This document shows, in pieces, positions 61,420 through 64,000 of a DNA stretch of 64,000 nucleotides (positions are counted from its first letter, which is position 1; each line of letters begins with the position of its first letter). The stretch is from Paraspadella gotoi. Taxonomy: Eukaryota > Animalia > Chaetognatha. A program made the translations under genes and the position numbers. Location: NCBI GenBank assembly GCA_051294375.1, contig CM119267.1, positions 7,668,683-7,732,682 on the forward strand, read 5' to 3'. The notes under the pieces were generated by a model. It had not been told where the DNA came from, searched no databases, and saw only the letters and a list, made by a program, of their open reading frames with translations.

Positions 61420-64000
61420 CTCTCTCTCTCCGCCCCTTCATTTGATAACTTGTTTTGTCTCGCCGTCACCAAGGCGTTCGTATCGTTAAACCTTTTGTAT
61501 CGTTGAAAGCTTTCTACCGTTAAAATCCTTTCGCGCAAACGCATTCTTGCGACGGAATCTGTAGCCTTTTATCTACTGTATGTAGAAATTGTTTTTTGTT
61601 TTATTAAATATGCGAGGCCTAGCTGTTCTGGGTTGTCGATTTGGCTTTTAAGTTAAATAACTTTTTTACGAATGTCCCGATACGAAATTTTTGTAATCTT
61701 TCTCAGCTTAATCAGGCGAAATCTTGTCAAGAAAACTGTTTTCCCGCGCTCTCTCTCTCTGTCTCTTTCCCGGAAGCGAGTGAGTCGAGAAACCCGTCAG
61801 ATTGTTTGGCGCCCGAAACGAAAAGAAAAAAAAAACAAAAAACTAACGGATTTTTTTATTTTGACGCGTCAATGACGCCTATGGAAAACGCCGTTCGGAG
61901 GCTTCGAAATGAGAATTCGACTTTATTTACTTTTATTCTCGACTTTGTTTACATTATTAGGCCGAGTTGTAGTGACGATGATAGACGGCGCTGTCGTAAT
62001 CGAACTTCGATTGGATTCTGCTTTTTAAGAATTTCAATCTTTCAAGCTTTGCTCGAATCATAGAAAGTTTGGACTTAAATGAAAAACTTTATTCTTATTT
62101 CTAGATAGTGGTAGAGGCTGAAATTTAACGATCAGTTTTCGTAGTGAAAATACACTGAAAAGAGTAGTGAGAAATTGAAATGCTAAATTATCTTGTTTTT
62201 AAACTATTCCATTTGTATATATAATATATATATAATATATATTATATATATATAAGTTTTTCTTTTGGTGTTCATAGTGACAGTCCCTGTTTCGTTGATC
62301 GAGAATCGAGAATCAGTTGATTGCTCTTTTGTTGAGTTTTCAACTTTTGCCAAAAAAGTTAAAATACCTCGGGTAAAACGCTGTTTCGTTTAACTATATA
62401 TTATAGTATTATTATATGAAAATTTGAAAAATGACTTGTTTCACTATCTTATATTTATATATTTTATGAAGGTTTTTGCTAATCTATATTATTTAATTAT
62501 ATATATATATATGTATTGCATTTTTAAAAATTATAATATATATAATAATTAAAATATATAATATAATATAATAATAATATATATTATAATATATATGTAT
62601 GTTGTATAAACCTAGTTGTGCGATCATCCTCTTTCCAATCCTTAAATTGCAGAAATAAAAGTGAAAGTCTAAATTATAAAAGTTTAAAAAACCTAGAATT
62701 ACCTTAACATTAGAAATAATTACATCGATACGGATTACGAAGAATCGGGCTGAGTTTATTTTTCCAAAGCTTGAAAAACCTTGAGGCGAGTTCGCGAGGC
62801 GGTCACGAGTCACGGCGTTGTGTTTTCGCGGATATTTTTTTCCCCTTCTTCCTCGGGTCAAAAGTCAAACCATTTCGGTTTCTGATGTTTTTCTTTTTGG
62901 GTCGCCCCGAAAAAAGCTTGGGGGCAGGCGGTAGTCGCTTGTTGTCCTCGTAGTCGAGTGTTGGAAGCGTTTGCTTGAGTGATTGCTCGATATCGATAAG
63001 GAAAAGAGAACGCTTGATTATTATATTATTATATATTCGTATTTATAAATGAATTATAGCAATAACGATGAATTATACTCAATGGGAGGTTTTTAAATTT
63101 TTTTTAAAGACGTAGATCATACATACCAATTCATTGAAAGGGAAGCCAGGCACTCTGAGAGTTAATCAACTAGGGTAGAGAGTCTTGATTGAAAGCTTGC
63201 ACTGCAGGGTGTTGCTTTGTTATTATGATTATCTTGTAATAGGAATGGTGGACGTAACCGAGCATAATGCAAATTGGCTGTACCAATTTCATATCATTGT
63301 TTCATTTCGTAAAAACTGTCTTAGAATTATAATTTAGTATTTAATTTGTAGTAAATGTTTATTATATTTAAAAAAAAGAAATATAGTAACATAACATACC
63401 GTAACAAAAAAGTGTGCAGTTCCGCATATTTTTTATCACCGAGTCCAATTATTAAAAAAAGTTTAACGTTAAATAAAGATGCAATACGAAAGCTATGTAG
63501 AAAATCTGAAAACAGCGAAGCCTGGCCCAGTTGGGAGTCGTCGATATTTTAAAGGGAAACCCGGGGAATTTGGTGGCTGCGGCGCGCAAAACGCTTTTCT
63601 CTTCCTCTGACCTCTCACTTCTTAAGGTCGAGACGCTACCGAAAAGAAAAAGTTTCGAACATGTACTTTTTTTTCTTTAAAATAATGATAAGTATAATGA
63701 TAAGTTTTGAAACTAAAACCGCTTTATCCTAAAGGTTTTATGTTTATGAAATTGGTACAACCAATATAAAAATGTTCATCATTTTATGGTCTTGAATTAT
63801 GTGGTGTGTTTGTGTCGTGATTTGAAATATCCTTCACATCCTAAACGCCATTTCGAAGTAAAAGATCATGACTGAAGAATACACGAAAACTAATGCTGAT
63901 CAGTGGTCTGAGCCCAATGGCCAGTAGTAGCCCAGTAGTAAGGTGTGTCCAAAACTGTCCATTTTCAGTTTCAGAACTTTAAACCTTCAAGTTCAACCCT

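Noticed and set aside
21300-64000. Many 60-220 aa ORFs rich in SLSLSL, ERERER, poly-F or poly-D
   Set aside because: They are translations of (CT)n, T-runs and (GAC)n microsatellites, with no domain motifs or coherent splice structure.

Overview
Eukaryotic, most likely invertebrate animal, genomic DNA with spliceosomal introns and three short N gaps; the lineage cannot be named from this window. It has two very different compartments. (1) Positions 1-16.7 kb hold nine housekeeping genes, all on the minus strand and separated by only about 270-600 bp. In transcription order they are NUDT17, SFXN5, SORD, SEPHS2, MMUT, COMMD5, ACSF2, a REEP1-4 family gene and TMEM106, which runs off the window edge. 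Most start codons have a splice acceptor just upstream, which is the layout expected of a spliced-leader (SL) trans-spliced operon (inference). SEPHS2 is a selenoprotein gene with an in-frame TGA at codon 28 (KG-U-GCK) and a recoding hairpin 10 nt downstream. Its type II SECIS ends about 12 nt before the MMUT splice acceptor, and the first AATAAA after the SECIS lies in the MMUT 5' leader, so processing of the two mRNAs may compete. (2) Positions 17-64 kb are gene-poor and rich in (CT)n tracts and repeats. They contain a 7-exon DUF229 gene (minus strand, probable GC-AG first intron), a candidate micro-exon gene for a lipid-anchored single-PDZ protein (plus strand), DINE-1/HINE-like elements and long foldback palindromes. 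Exon structures were derived by hand from splice signals and reading phase; family calls rest on recognised motifs, not database searches.
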